A stretch of 24,000 nt of DNA from NCBI RefSeq assembly GCF_055388945.1, contig NZ_AP042529.1; one strand, 5' to 3'. Positions 1 to 9,486 of this stretch are shown one piece after another. Under the pieces are notes generated by a model. That model ran no database searches and was not told where the DNA came from. It worked only from the letters and a program-made list of their open reading frames with translations. Both the position numbers and the translations under genes were made by a program. How positions within the stretch are numbered: the first letter of the stretch is position 1; each line of letters opens with the position of its first letter.

Positions 1-73
1 CAACACCAGAAAGAGAAAAATATAAAATACATACAGAAAGACATGAGAGCAAGGGACGGGGCAGGGCAAGATC

Positions 74-105
74 ATGAAAATCGTGATGTAAATCACGATT
101 TTCAT
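74..105. repeat. Perfect 14-bp stem / 4-nt loop palindrome inside the IS left end
   Basis: ATGAAAATCGTGAT (74-87), loop GTAA (88-91), ATCACGATTTTCAT (92-105). The left arm overlaps the inner 5 nt of the left terminal IR. Confidence 0.85.
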
Positions 106-176
106 CCTGGCTTTAACGCCTACAGGTGATCAAAATTTAACCTTTGGAATAACTAAAAAGATAAAAAGGACGCCAG

Positions 177-1349
177 GTGAGTATTCAAAGTTTGCTTGAT
201 TATATTTCAGTGATCCCTGATATACGACAACAAGGAAAGGTTAAACATAAATTATCTGATATTTTGTTTCTCACCGTATGTGCAGTAATTGCAGGTGCCG
301 ATGAGTGGCAGGAAATTGAAGATTTTGGACATGAAAGACTTGAATGGCTAAAGAAATATGGTGATTTTGATAATGGCATTCCGGTCGATGACACCATTGC
401 ACGCGTTGTGAGTAACATTGACAGTTTGGCCTTTGAAAAGATATTTATTGAATGGATGCAGGAGTGCCATGAAATCACTGATGGTGAAATTATAGCAATA
501 GATGGAAAGACCATAAGAGGCTCCTTTGATAAGGGAAAAAGAAAAGGAGCAATCCATATGGTGAGTGCATTCTCGAACGAAAATGGTGTTGTACTGGGGC
601 AGGTAAAAACGGAAGCCAAAAGTAATGAGATTACAGCCATTCCAGAGTTGCTTAACCTACTGGATTTAAAGAAAAATTTGATAACCATTGATGCTATGGG
701 CTGTCAGAAAGATATCGCTTCGAAGATCAAAGATAAAAAAGCAGATTATCTTCTGGCAGTAAAAGGCAATCAGGGGAAATTACATCATGCATTCGAGGAA
801 AAATTTCCTGTAAATGTGTTTTCTAATTATAAAGGCGATTCGTTTAGTACGCAGGAGATAAGTCATGGAAGAAAAGAAACACGTTTGCATATTGTCAGTA
901 ACGTAACGCCTGAATTTTGTGATTTTGAATTCGAATGGAAGGGATTAAAAAAGCTTTGTGTAGCATTGTCATTCAGGCAGAAGAAAGAAGATAAATCAGC
1001 AGAAGGTGTAAGCATCCGATATTATATTTCATCAAAGGATATGGATGCTAAAGAATTTGCACATGCTATCAGAGCGCACTGGCTGATCGAGCACAGTCTT
1101 CATTGGGTGTTAGATGTAAAAATGAATGAAGATGCCAGCCGGATAAGAAGAGGAAACGCAGCCGAAATAATATCTGGAATAAAGAAGATGGCACTGAATT
1201 TATTAAGAGATTGCAAAGACATTAAGGGTGGGGTGAAGAGGAAAAGAAAGAAGGTTGCGTTAAACACATGTTATATAGAAGAAGTGCTTGCATCCTGCTC
1301 AGAGCTTGGGTTTCGAACTGACAAAATGAAAAATTTAACACAGATTTAA
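177..1349 (+). CDS. ISAs1-family DDE transposase (H-repeat-associated protein, YhhI/YdcC-like)
   Basis: 390-aa ORF with a GTG start 6 nt after AAGGA. The N-terminus MSIQSLLDYISVIPDIRQ..KHKLSDILFL is typical of H-repeat proteins. DDE-type motifs are present: IAIDGKTIRGS, ITIDAMGCQKDIA, HWLIEHSLHWVLDVKMNEDASR. Confidence 0.9.
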   Translation: MSIQSLLDYISVIPDIRQQGKVKHKLSDILFLTVCAVIAGADEWQEIEDFGHERLEWLKKYGDFDNGIPVDDTIARVVSNIDSLAFEKIFIEWMQECHEITDGEIIAIDGKTIRGSFDKGKRKGAIHMVSAFSNENGVVLGQVKTEAKSNEITAIPELLNLLDLKKNLITIDAMGCQKDIASKIKDKKADYLLAVKGNQGKLHHAFEEKFPVNVFSNYKGDSFSTQEISHGRKETRLHIVSNVTPEFCDFEFEWKGLKKLCVALSFRQKKEDKSAEGVSIRYYISSKDMDAKEFAHAIRAHWLIEHSLHWVLDVKMNEDASRIRRGNAAEIISGIKKMALNLLRDCKDIKGGVKRKRKKVALNTCYIEEVLASCSELGFRTDKMKNLTQI

Positions 1350-1466
1350 TTCATGCTCTTGCCCTGCGGGGGGATTATTAAATCTTCCCAGTTTTTTATT
1401 ATTTAACTCTCGCTCAGCACACTAAACATCCCTTTCTGAATTCCCCGCCCTAAATACAGCCCCCAC

Positions 1467-2237
1467 TCACCGCAACCTAAACTCATCCGCATCCCGCCAT
1501 GCCGGAAACTTTTCTCTATATTCCCGCAATGCCACCATCGACAGCTCCGCATCAATGCGCGTTGCCTGATGCGCGTCGGCAGTAGCGATAATCTCGCCTT
1601 GTGGATTAATCACCCGGCTGTCACCGCGATAATGGCAGCCGTTGCCATCGCTGCCGACGCGATTGCATCCCGCCACATACGCCTGATTCTCAATCGCGCG
1701 GGCCGTCAGCAATGCCTGCCAGTGCAGAGAGCGCGGAGCAGGCCAGTTGGCAACGTAGATGGCGAGGTCATAATCGTTGAGATTGCGCGACCACACCGGA
1801 AAACGTAAGTCGTAGCACACCAACGGCAAAATACGCCAGCCGCGCCATTCCACAATCACTCGCGCATTGCCCGCTTTATAATGCAGATGCTCATCTGCCA
1901 TGCGGAACAGATGACGCTTATCATAAAAATGTACCGTGCCGCCCGGCTCAACCAGCAAAAAGCGGTTAACCGAACCAGACTCCGTTTGTAATGCAACACT
2001 GCCTGCAATCAGCGCATTGCACTGCTGCGCTTTGGCTGTCATCCAGTTCACTACGTCATCTTGTGCTAGCGACGAAGCAGCCGCTTCCATGGCAAAGCCG
2101 CTGGTAAACATCTCCGGTAGAACGATCACATCGCGCCCGGTAATACCTTCCAGTTGACGATCAAAATGACGCAGGTTGGCAGGACCATCCATCCACACCA
2201 GTGGTTGCTGCAAAAGCGTAATCTTCAAACCAGGCAC
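1467..2237 (-). CDS. yafV: C-N hydrolase (nitrilase superfamily), 2-oxoglutaramate amidase YafV
   Basis: The protein (V)PGLKITLLQQPLVWMDGPANLRHFDRQLE... matches my memory of E. coli YafV. The CN-hydrolase Cys context ILPLVCYDLRFP is present. The ORF track starts at TTG 2246, but GTG at 2237 lies 9 nt after AAGGAG and gives the 256-aa K-12 length. Confidence 0.9.
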   Translation of the reverse strand: MPGLKITLLQQPLVWMDGPANLRHFDRQLEGITGRDVIVLPEMFTSGFAMEAAASSLAQDDVVNWMTAKAQQCNALIAGSVALQTESGSVNRFLLVEPGGTVHFYDKRHLFRMADEHLHYKAGNARVIVEWRGWRILPLVCYDLRFPVWSRNLNDYDLAIYVANWPAPRSLHWQALLTARAIENQAYVAGCNRVGSDGNGCHYRGDSRVINPQGEIIATADAHQATRIDAELSMVALREYREKFPAWRDADEFRLR

Positions 2238-2390
2238 GGTGTACAACTCCTTTATGCGAAGGGTTTTATAACTTTAACACCTTATCAGGCAGTTGCCTTA
2301 GCGCAGAATAAATTGATAACAAATGCTGATATTGGAAATATCTGATTTGCAAATTATCGTGTTATCGCCAGGCTTTAGGAGGTTAATAAC

Positions 2391-2864
2391 ATGGGCAGGA
2401 TAAGCTCGGGAGGAATGATGTTTAAGGCAATAACGACAGTCGCCGCACTGGTCATCGCCACCAGTGCAATGGCGCAGGATGATTTAACCATTAGCAGCCT
2501 TGCAAAGGGCGAAACCACCAAAGCTGCATTTAATCAGATGGTGCAAGGGCATAAGCTGCCTGCCTGGGTGATGAAAGGCGGTACTTATACCCCTGCACAA
2601 ACCGTAACGTTGGGAGATGAGACGTATCAGGTGATGAGCGCGTGCAAACCGCATGACTGTGGCTCGCAACGTATCGCTGTGATGTGGTCCGAGAAATCTA
2701 ATCAGATGACGGGGCTGTTCTCGACTATTGATGAGAAAACGTCGCAAGAGAAACTGACCTGGTTGAATGTGAACGATGCGCTTTCGATTGATGGTAAAAC
2801 GGTGCTGTTCGCGGCGTTGACCGGCAGCCTGGAAAACCATCCGGATGGCTTTAATTTTAAATAA
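2391..2864 (+). CDS. ivy: Periplasmic inhibitor of vertebrate (C-type) lysozyme Ivy
   Basis: 157 aa with a signal peptide ending AMAQDD and the characteristic inhibitory loop CKPHDC. Sequence recognised as E. coli Ivy (YkfE). Confidence 0.95.
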   Translation: MGRISSGGMMFKAITTVAALVIATSAMAQDDLTISSLAKGETTKAAFNQMVQGHKLPAWVMKGGTYTPAQTVTLGDETYQVMSACKPHDCGSQRIAVMWSEKSNQMTGLFSTIDEKTSQEKLTWLNVNDALSIDGKTVLFAALTGSLENHPDGFNFK

Positions 2865-2878
2865 TTAGCGGATAAAGA

Positions 2879-2900
2879 AACGGAGCCTTTCGGCTCCGTT
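2879..2900. terminator. Bidirectional rho-independent terminator between convergent ivy and fadE
   Basis: 9-bp stem AACGGAGCC / GGCTCCGTT with a TTTC loop. An A-run lies upstream (a U-run for the minus-strand fadE transcript) and TT follows downstream. Confidence 0.7.
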
Positions 2901-2906
2901 ATTCAA

Positions 2907-5351
2907 TTACGCGGCTTCAACTTTCCGCACTTTCTCCGGCAACTTTACCGGCTTCGTCGCCAGCTCTTCCGGATCAAAGTCATCAACGTTAATACTGCGC
3001 AGACGGCTTTCTTCCGCTTTCACCAGAATAGCGGCTTCATCTTTATCAATCAGCCCCTTCGCCAGCGCGTTGTGCGCCAGTTCATCCAGACGGGTAAATG
3101 GCAGATTTTTACCGAGCTCTTTACAGATCCGCTGATGAATCGGGTCGGCGGCAATCACATCCACCAACGCCTCTTCCAGTAAACCAACCGGGTTATGCTC
3201 GCTTGGCGTCAGGTACTGACCGCGACCAATACGTGAGCGAGTGGCGTTCGGCACTTGTAAAATCTTCGCCACTTTATGATCCAGCTTGTCAGACGGTGCC
3301 AGATAATGACGTCCGGTCGGGAAGATCACCACATTCAGCAGCCCGGCAACCACGCGGTTCGGGAAGTTTTGCAGTAAATCGTCCATCGCCTGTTCTGCCT
3401 GATACAGCGCATCCTGTACGCCCCAGTGCACCAGCGGCAGATCGGCTTCATTACGGCCTTCGTCGTCATAACGCTTCAGAACGGCAGAGGCGAGGTAAAG
3501 CTGGCTTAAAATATCACCCAGACGTGCCGAGATACGCTCACGACGTTTCAGGCTGCCGCCCAGCACTGCCATCGAGACATCAGAAAGCAGGGCGAGGTTG
3601 GCGCTCAGGCGGTTCAGGTGCTGATAGTAGCGTTTAGTGGCATCGCCGGTTGGCGTGCTGCTGGTTAAACCGCGCGTCAGGCCCAGCCAGAAGCTGCGAA
3701 CTTTGTTGCTACCGACGTGACCGATATGTTTGAACAACAGTTTATCGAACACGTTGACGTCATTGTTCTTCGCCGCTTCCATCTCTTCCAGCACGTACGG
3801 ATGGCAACGAATCGCTCCTTGTCCGAAGATCATCATGCTGCGGGTCAGAATGTTAGCCCCTTCAACGGTGATGGCAATCGGTGCGCCCTGGTAAGCACGC
3901 GCCAGGAAGTTGCTTTGCCCGAGCATAATGCCTTTACCGCCGGTAATATCCATCGCATCAATAATCGACTGCTGCCCGCGGTGGGTACAGTGATACTTAA
4001 CGATAGCCGACAGCACGGCAGGTTTTTCGCCGAGCATAATGCCGTAGGTAATCAGCGATGCCGCAGCGTCCATTACATAAGCGTTCCCGGCAATACGCGC
4101 CAGCGGCTCTTCAATCCCTTCCATCTTACCGATAGAGATTTTGAACTGACGGCGAATGTGAGCATACGCGCCCGTTGCCAGCGCTACCGATTTCACGCCG
4201 CCGGTTGAGTTGGAAGGCAGGGTGATGCCGCGGCCTACCGAGAGGCACTCCACCAGCATCCGCCAGCCTTGCCCGGCCATTTTCGGCCCGCCGATAATGT
4301 AGTCGATCGGTACGAAGACATCTTTACCGAGCGTCGGTCCGTTCTGGAACGGCACATTCAGCGGGAAGTGGCGACGACCAATTTCCACGCCCGGCGTGGT
4401 GGTCGGGATCAGCGCACAGGTAATACCTAAATCTTCTGCACCGCCGAGTAATTTCTCCGGGTCGGAGAGTTTAAACGCCAGCCCAAGCACAGTCGCAATC
4501 GGTGCCAGCGTAATGTAGCGTTTGTTCCAGGTCAGACGCATCCCCAGCACCTGCTGGCCCTGCCATTCGCCCATGCAGACAATCCCGGTGTCCGGAATCG
4601 CGCCCGCATCGGAACCCGCTTCCGGGCTGGTCAGTGCAAAGCAAGGGATCTCCTGACCACGCGCCAGACGCGGCAGATAGTGATCTTTCTGCTCGTCAGT
4701 GCCGTAATGTTGCAGCAGCTCGCCGGGGCCTAATGAGTTCGGCACGCCGACGGTAATCGCCAGGATCCCGCTGACGCCGGAGAGTTTTTGCAGCACACGA
4801 GACTGGGCATAAGCTGAAAACTCCAGGCCGCCGTACTCTTTTTTGATGATCATCGCGAAGAAGCGATGCTCTTTCAGATACGCCCACAACTCCGGCGGCA
4901 GATCCGCCAGTTCATGGGTGATCTGGAAATCATTCGCCATCCGGCAGGCTTCTTCTACCGGGCCGTCGAGAAACGCTTGCTCTTCTGCGGTCAGGCGCGG
5001 CTGCGGATAGTTATGCAGCTTTTTCCAGTCCGGCTTGCCCTGGAACAAGTCGCCTTCCCACCAGGTGGTACCCGCATCAATCGCTTCTTTCTCAGTGCGC
5101 GACATCGGCGGCATCACCTTACGGAAACCGCGAAATACCGGCGCGGAAATCATCGACTTACGCATAGGTGCAAAGTTAAACGGCACGAGGATAATGGCCA
5201 GAGGCACCAGTACCCACGCCGACCACAGACCAGCGACGCCGAGGGCAGCTGTCCAGGCGAGCAAAATCAGACTGCTGATAAATAAGCTCACGCGGTGATA
5301 GAACAACGCGCCGAGCAGGACAACTGTAGCGAGAATACTCAAAATCATCAT
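2907..5351 (-). CDS. fadE: Acyl-CoA dehydrogenase FadE (fatty-acid beta-oxidation)
   Basis: 814-aa protein starting [20 protein letters not shown] with N-terminal TM helices and ACAD domains. Recognised as E. coli FadE (YafH). The ORF-track start at 5429 adds 26 unsupported codons. ATG at 5351 is preceded by AAGGGG. Confidence 0.95.
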   Translation of the reverse strand: MMILSILATVVLLGALFYHRVSLFISSLILLAWTAALGVAGLWSAWVLVPLAIILVPFNFAPMRKSMISAPVFRGFRKVMPPMSRTEKEAIDAGTTWWEGDLFQGKPDWKKLHNYPQPRLTAEEQAFLDGPVEEACRMANDFQITHELADLPPELWAYLKEHRFFAMIIKKEYGGLEFSAYAQSRVLQKLSGVSGILAITVGVPNSLGPGELLQHYGTDEQKDHYLPRLARGQEIPCFALTSPEAGSDAGAIPDTGIVCMGEWQGQQVLGMRLTWNKRYITLAPIATVLGLAFKLSDPEKLLGGAEDLGITCALIPTTTPGVEIGRRHFPLNVPFQNGPTLGKDVFVPIDYIIGGPKMAGQGWRMLVECLSVGRGITLPSNSTGGVKSVALATGAYAHIRRQFKISIGKMEGIEEPLARIAGNAYVMDAAASLITYGIMLGEKPAVLSAIVKYHCTHRGQQSIIDAMDITGGKGIMLGQSNFLARAYQGAPIAITVEGANILTRSMMIFGQGAIRCHPYVLEEMEAAKNNDVNVFDKLLFKHIGHVGSNKVRSFWLGLTRGLTSSTPTGDATKRYYQHLNRLSANLALLSDVSMAVLGGSLKRRERISARLGDILSQLYLASAVLKRYDDEGRNEADLPLVHWGVQDALYQAEQAMDDLLQNFPNRVVAGLLNVVIFPTGRHYLAPSDKLDHKVAKILQVPNATRSRIGRGQYLTPSEHNPVGLLEEALVDVIAADPIHQRICKELGKNLPFTRLDELAHNALAKGLIDKDEAAILVKAEESRLRSINVDDFDPEELATKPVKLPEKVRKVEAA

Positions 5352-5372
5352 AACGAAAAGCCCCTTACTTGT

Positions 5373-5389
5373 AGGAGGTCTGACCACTT
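5373..5389 (-). promoter_or_regulatory. Probable FadR operator of fadE
   Basis: The minus strand reads AAGTGGTCAGACCTCCT. This matches the core TGGTCNGAC of the FadR consensus (ANCTGGTCNGACNTGTT) and my recollection of the published fadE site. It lies just upstream of the fadE start. Confidence 0.5.
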
Positions 5390-5590
5390 GTGATGATATG
5401 GTTGTAGTGGATGTAAAAACATTTAGCAATGTGTTTACAATATAATTACAACGAAGCTCACATTGTTGCTGTTTTTATCTACACTTCAGGGCAAAAAGTC
5501 CTGGTCATAGCACCTGCCCGTACTTCTCGCTTTTGGCGGTATCCGGTACACTGCATTTTGTCTATTACATTTATGCTGAAGGATATCCTC

Positions 5591-6169
5591 ATGTACCAGG
5601 ATCTTATTCGTAACGAACTGAACGAAGCGGCGGAAACGCTGGCTAACTTTTTAAAAGATGACGCCAATATTCACGCCATTCAGCGAGCGGCGGTCCTGTT
5701 AGCAGACAGCTTTAAAGCCGGTGGCAAGGTGCTTTCCTGCGGCAACGGCGGCTCCCATTGCGACGCCATGCACTTTGCCGAAGAGCTGACCGGTCGCTAC
5801 CGTGAAAACCGTCCGGGCTACCCGGCGATTGCCATCTCTGACGTCAGCCATATTTCCTGCGTCGGTAACGATTTTGGTTTCAATGATATTTTCTCCCGCT
5901 ATGTTGAAGCGGTAGGCCGCGAAGGCGATGTACTGCTGGGGATCTCCACGTCTGGTAACTCTGCAAACGTGATCAAAGCGATCGCGGCGGCGCGTGAGAA
6001 GGGAATGAAAGTGATTACCCTGACCGGCAAAGATGGCGGCAAAATGGCTGGTACGGCGGATATTGAAATTCGCGTTCCACATTTTGGTTATGCCGACCGC
6101 ATTCAGGAAATTCACATTAAAGTGATCCATATCCTGATCCAGTTAATTGAAAAAGAGATGGTTAAGTAA
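5591..6169 (+). CDS. gmhA: D-sedoheptulose-7-phosphate isomerase GmhA (LPS core heptose synthesis)
   Basis: 192 aa, [21 protein letters not shown]..., with the SIS-domain motif [19 protein letters not shown] at 5591 lies 7 nt after AAGGA. The ORF-track extension back to 5429 is not supported. Confidence 0.95.
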
Positions 6170-6176
6170 GTCTGGC

Positions 6177-6212
6177 GTAGGCCGAATAATGCGTTTACGC
6201 CGCATCCGGCCT
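6177..6212. repeat. REP (repetitive extragenic palindromic) element downstream of gmhA
   Basis: GTAGGCCGAATAATGCGTTTACGCCGCATCCGGCCT. It has a GTAG head, imperfect palindromic arms and the GCCGCATCCGGC core typical of E. coli REPs. Confidence 0.7.
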
Positions 6213-6273
6213 GAAAATTCTTAAGTCAATCTTCGCCGGGGGCCATGCGCTCCCGCTGTTGTGGGGGTTACCG

Positions 6274-7041
6274 ATGTGCGAATTGCTCGGGATGAGCGCC
6301 AACGTCCCTACCGATATTTGCTTTAGTTTCACCGGGCTGGTGCAGCGTGGTGGTGGAACCGGGCCACATAAAGATGGCTGGGGCATTACCTTTTACGAAG
6401 GTAAAGGCTGTCGCACATTTAAAGATCCACAACCCAGCTTTAATTCCCCCATTGCCAAACTTGTTCAGGACTACCCGATAAAATCCTGTTCGGTTGTGGC
6501 TCATATTCGCCAGGCAAATCGGGGCGAGGTGGCGTTGGAAAATACTCACCCGTTTACCCGCGAGTTATGGGGACGTAACTGGACTTATGCCCATAACGGA
6601 CAACTGACGGGCTATAAATCACTGGAAACCGGCAACTTCCGCCCGGTAGGTAAAACCGACAGCGAAAAAGCCTTTTGCTGGCTGCTGTATAAATTAACGC
6701 AGCGTTATCCGCGTACGCCGGGCAATATGGCGGCGGTATTTAAATATATCGCCTCACTGGCGGATGAACTGCGGCAGAAGGGCGTTTTCAACATGCTGCT
6801 TTCGGATGGGCGCTATGTAATGGCGTATTGCTCGACCAATCTGCACTGGATCACCCGCCGCGCGCCGTTTGGCGTGGCAACGTTGCTGGATCAGGATGTG
6901 GAAATCGACTTCAGCTCGCAGACCACACCGAATGATGTGGTCACGGTGATTGCGACACAGCCGCTGACGGGCAATGAAACCTGGCAAAAGATTATGCCAG
7001 GCGAATGGCGCTTATTTTGCCTCGGGGAGCGTGTAGTTTGA
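6274..7041 (+). CDS. yafJ: Class II (Ntn) glutamine amidotransferase-like protein YafJ
   Basis: 255 aa starting [12 protein letters not shown]. Cys2 is the expected Ntn nucleophile after Met removal. Recognised as E. coli YafJ. The ORF-track TTG at 6259 is unlikely to be used. Confidence 0.9.
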   Translation: MCELLGMSANVPTDICFSFTGLVQRGGGTGPHKDGWGITFYEGKGCRTFKDPQPSFNSPIAKLVQDYPIKSCSVVAHIRQANRGEVALENTHPFTRELWGRNWTYAHNGQLTGYKSLETGNFRPVGKTDSEKAFCWLLYKLTQRYPRTPGNMAAVFKYIASLADELRQKGVFNMLLSDGRYVMAYCSTNLHWITRRAPFGVATLLDQDVEIDFSSQTTPNDVVTVIATQPLTGNETWQKIMPGEWRLFCLGERVV

Positions 7042-7752
7042 TGCCAGTTGTGGTTGCACAACTTCGTGGCTTAACGGCTTGCTGACCACGTAACGGCCAT
7101 TGACCACAGAAACGGTCGGTGGCTTACGGGTTTGCTCAAAGTAGTCGTAGCCTGGCTTCAGTTGCTCCCAGAAGTCCTTAAAGTTGGAATATTTATGGCG
7201 CTTCATATTGGCGTCGGTCATGCGGAACGGGTAAATGCTCACTTGCACGCTCGGCTGACCAAATACCAGTGCGCCAGTAACGAACTGGAAAATCTCGTCA
7301 ATGCCCTGATTGGTCATCGCGTAGCAGCCGATGGAAACACAATCGCCGTGGATCATCAGGTATTTCCCTTCATAACCATGCGCACGGTCATAGGCATTGG
7401 GGAAACCAATATTAATCGCTTTGTAGTAACGGCTGTCTGGTTTTAACTGATTACGCTGGACGCTATAAAACCCTTCCGGGCTTTTGAAATCGCCCTGACG
7501 CTGTTTTGGCCCTAAGCCGCCGGAATATTTACAGATTTTATAGCTGTCGAGCAGTTGATATTGCTCGCCCATTTTGACGTAGAGATCGAGCGTACGTTCT
7601 TCCTTGAAGATCTGGATGTAGACAGGGGATCCCATCAACTGCTGCTTATACTCTTTGCTCACTGGCGTGGTCGAGCTACTGCTGCCCAGCAAACCGGCAA
7701 ACGAAACGCACGGGATCAACAACATCGCAAGAATTAATGCGATTTTACGCAT
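7012..7752 (-). CDS. yafK: YkuD-fold L,D-transpeptidase-like periplasmic protein YafK (DpaA/LdtF)
   Basis: 246 aa with signal peptide [19 protein letters not shown] and the YkuD catalytic motif [14 protein letters not shown]. Recognised as E. coli YafK. Confidence 0.9.
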   Translation of the reverse strand: MRKIALILAMLLIPCVSFAGLLGSSSSTTPVSKEYKQQLMGSPVYIQIFKEERTLDLYVKMGEQYQLLDSYKICKYSGGLGPKQRQGDFKSPEGFYSVQRNQLKPDSRYYKAINIGFPNAYDRAHGYEGKYLMIHGDCVSIGCYAMTNQGIDEIFQFVTGALVFGQPSVQVSIYPFRMTDANMKRHKYSNFKDFWEQLKPGYDYFEQTRKPPTVSVVNGRYVVSKPLSHEVVQPQLASNYTLPEAK

Positions 7753-7907
7753 ACTGCTTATTCCTTGATAAAACGGTTACACACGCCAGGACGGCAAAAT
7801 GGATCCCAAATCGGAATAGTCTGGATTGGGAAGGCTCACATTATCACCAAAAGAGTTTTACGCAAGCCTGTCGGCGCAGGGTTTACAAATTTCATCGGCA
7901 GCGGGCT

Positions 7908-8184
7908 TTACCCAAAGAGCGCCGCGTGAGTTCCAGTTCTCTCAAATCGTAAAAGTTTATCGGTAAGTTTGTAAATCAGGATCCAGTCCGGTTCGACATG
8001 AGCATCGCGATAACCTTTCCATGAACCTTGCAGCGGGTGGTCTTTATAAACAGCTGGAAGCGGTAAAGTATTATTGATAAGAAGCGTCATAAGATATTTC
8101 AATTTATTCATATCCTTATGACGCTTTTGTGCAAGTTTTACATCCTTTGAAAATTGTCCCGAGTTCAATATCCCTTTGAATCAT
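7908..8184 (-). pseudogene. yafQ: yafQ (RelE-family mRNA interferase toxin) with a 5'-proximal frameshift
   Basis: ATG at 8184 lies 2 nt after the dinJ stop and reads MIQRDIE, then runs into TAA at 8116-8118 after 22 codons. The toxin body GQFSKDVKLAQKRHKDMNKL...RFERTGTHAALFG is in another frame, open only from TTG 8168. The span from ATG to the final stop is 277 nt, which is not divisible by 3. Confidence 0.75.
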
Positions 8185-8186
8185 AT

Positions 8187-8447
8187 TTAAACTCCTAATT
8201 TATCAAATAAATCATCGGCGTCTTTGGCCTTATGAACATCAACGCCAGCTTCGCTGTTTTTGATTGATTGAATGGTTAATTGATTAGGCTCGCGTAAATC
8301 AAACGGCAATGCCTTTTCACGCGCGACCTTTGTGAGGGTTATGCGAACCAGGTCAGAGATGGTCAGCCCCATCCCGGCCAGTACGTCCGCCGCCTGATTC
8401 TTCAGATCTTCATCGATTCGGGCGCGAACAAATGCGTTAGCAGCCAT
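8187..8447 (-). CDS. dinJ: Antitoxin DinJ (RHH family)
   Basis: 86 aa, MAANAFVRARIDEDLKNQAADVLAGMGLTISDLVRITL... Recognised as E. coli DinJ. It lies immediately upstream of yafQ on the same strand. Confidence 0.95.
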   Translation of the reverse strand: MAANAFVRARIDEDLKNQAADVLAGMGLTISDLVRITLTKVAREKALPFDLREPNQLTIQSIKNSEAGVDVHKAKDADDLFDKLGV

Positions 8448-8463
8448 TGGGATATCTCCTATG

Positions 8464-8479
8464 CTGTATATTTATTCAG
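8464..8479. promoter_or_regulatory. LexA (SOS) box of the dinJ-yafQ promoter
   Basis: CTGTATATTTATTCAG fits CTG-N10-CAG with an AT-rich core. It lies 17 nt upstream of the dinJ start and matches my memory of the published dinJ box (AGCTGAATAAATATACAGCA on the other strand). Confidence 0.75.
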
Positions 8480-8656
8480 CTTGAATTGTAGCTCAAATGA
8501 GCAACAGCGACAATCTATGAGTAATTTAATAAACGGATGTTTTTACATAATTAACTGAAATATATTTATTAATTTTATAATAATGGTTTATTAAGTTTGT
8601 TCAGGTACGGGCCGGGATACACTGTAACATCAATGCATGACCAGCCATTATTGAGT

Positions 8657-9415
8657 ATGTCCTTGCCGTCGATTCCATCCTTTGTATTGTCGGGATTACT
8701 GTTGATTTGTTTGCCGTTTTCTTCATTTGCCAGCGCCACCACATCACATATCTCTTTCAGCTACGCCGCCCGCCAGCGGATGCAAAACCGTGCGCGTTTA
8801 TTAAAACAGTACCAAACCCATCTGAAAAAGCAGGTCAGCTATATTGTGGAAGGCAATGCCGAAAGCAGAAGGGCGCTACGCCAGCACAACCGCGAACAGA
8901 TAAAACAGCATCCAGAATGGTTTCCTGCACCGCTCAAGGCGAGTGACAGACGCTGGCAGGCGCTGGCGGAAAACAACCACTTTTTAAGCAGCGACCATCT
9001 GCATAACATTACCGAAGTGGCGATTCACCGCCTGGAGCAGCAGCTTGGCAAGCCTTACGTCTGGGGCGGCACGCGGCCTGATAAAGGCTTTGACTGTAGC
9101 GGGTTGGTTTTTTATGCTTACAACAAGATCCTCGAGGCGAAGCTCCCGCGTACGGCTAATGAGATGTATCACTACCATCGGGCAACGATTGTGGCGAATA
9201 ACGACCTGCGCCGGGGAGATTTGCTGTTTTTCCATATCCACAGCCGCGAGATTGCCGACCATATGGGGGTGTATCTGGGCGACGGTCAGTTTATTGAGTC
9301 ACCGCGCACCGGGGAAACCATTCGGGTAAGTCGGTTAGCTGAACCTTTCTGGCAGGATCACTTTTTAGGCGCGCGCCGGATTTTGACGGAAGAGACGATT
9401 TTGTCGGACGGATAA
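8657..9415 (+). CDS. yafL: NlpC/P60-family peptidoglycan hydrolase-like protein YafL
   Basis: MSLPSIPSFVLSGLLLICLPFSSFASA signal sequence. NlpC/P60 catalytic context GFDCSGLVFYAY and downstream His in ADHMGVYLG. The start at 8657 is chosen for the signal peptide, while the ORF track starts at 8597. The stop codon lies inside a REP element. Confidence 0.85.
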   Translation: MSLPSIPSFVLSGLLLICLPFSSFASATTSHISFSYAARQRMQNRARLLKQYQTHLKKQVSYIVEGNAESRRALRQHNREQIKQHPEWFPAPLKASDRRWQALAENNHFLSSDHLHNITEVAIHRLEQQLGKPYVWGGTRPDKGFDCSGLVFYAYNKILEAKLPRTANEMYHYHRATIVANNDLRRGDLLFFHIHSREIADHMGVYLGDGQFIESPRTGETIRVSRLAEPFWQDHFLGARRILTEETILSDG

Positions 9416-9486
9416 GGCATTCACGCCGCATCCGGCAGTTGTGCGCAGATGCCTGATACGACGCTGACGCGTCTTATCATGCCTAC
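9403..9486. repeat. REP pair (BIME-like) upstream of rayT
   Basis: REP A at 9403-9436: GTCGGACGGATAAGGCATTCACGCCGCATCCGGC. REP B at 9451-9486: GCCTGATACGACGCTGACGCGTCTTATCATGCCTAC, with its GTAG head on the opposite strand. Confidence 0.8.

Larger units (their letters stand above)
61..1367 (+). mobile_element. ISAs1-family (H-repeat / ISEc1-like) insertion sequence, apparently intact
   Basis: 18-bp terminal inverted repeats match 17/18: GCAGGGCAAGATCATGAA at 61-78 versus the reverse complement of 1350-1367, GCAGGGCAAGAGCATGAA. They bracket a single 390-codon transposase ORF. The element is visibly AT-rich relative to flanking yafV. No convincing target-site duplication (only GGG on both flanks). 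Confidence 0.8.

Noticed and set aside
3098-5298. Several 87- to 179-aa + strand ORFs inside fadE
   Set aside because: They are antisense to a confidently identified 814-aa acyl-CoA dehydrogenase, and their translations are compositionally odd (Arg/Pro/His-rich) with no motifs.
5429-5590. 54-codon N-terminal extension of gmhA, and the 26-codon extension of fadE (5352-5429), in the ORF track
   Set aside because: The extensions cross the divergent promoter region and lack SD sequences. They also disagree with the known 192-aa GmhA and 814-aa FadE N-termini, both of which have proper SD-ATG contexts at 5591 and 5351.
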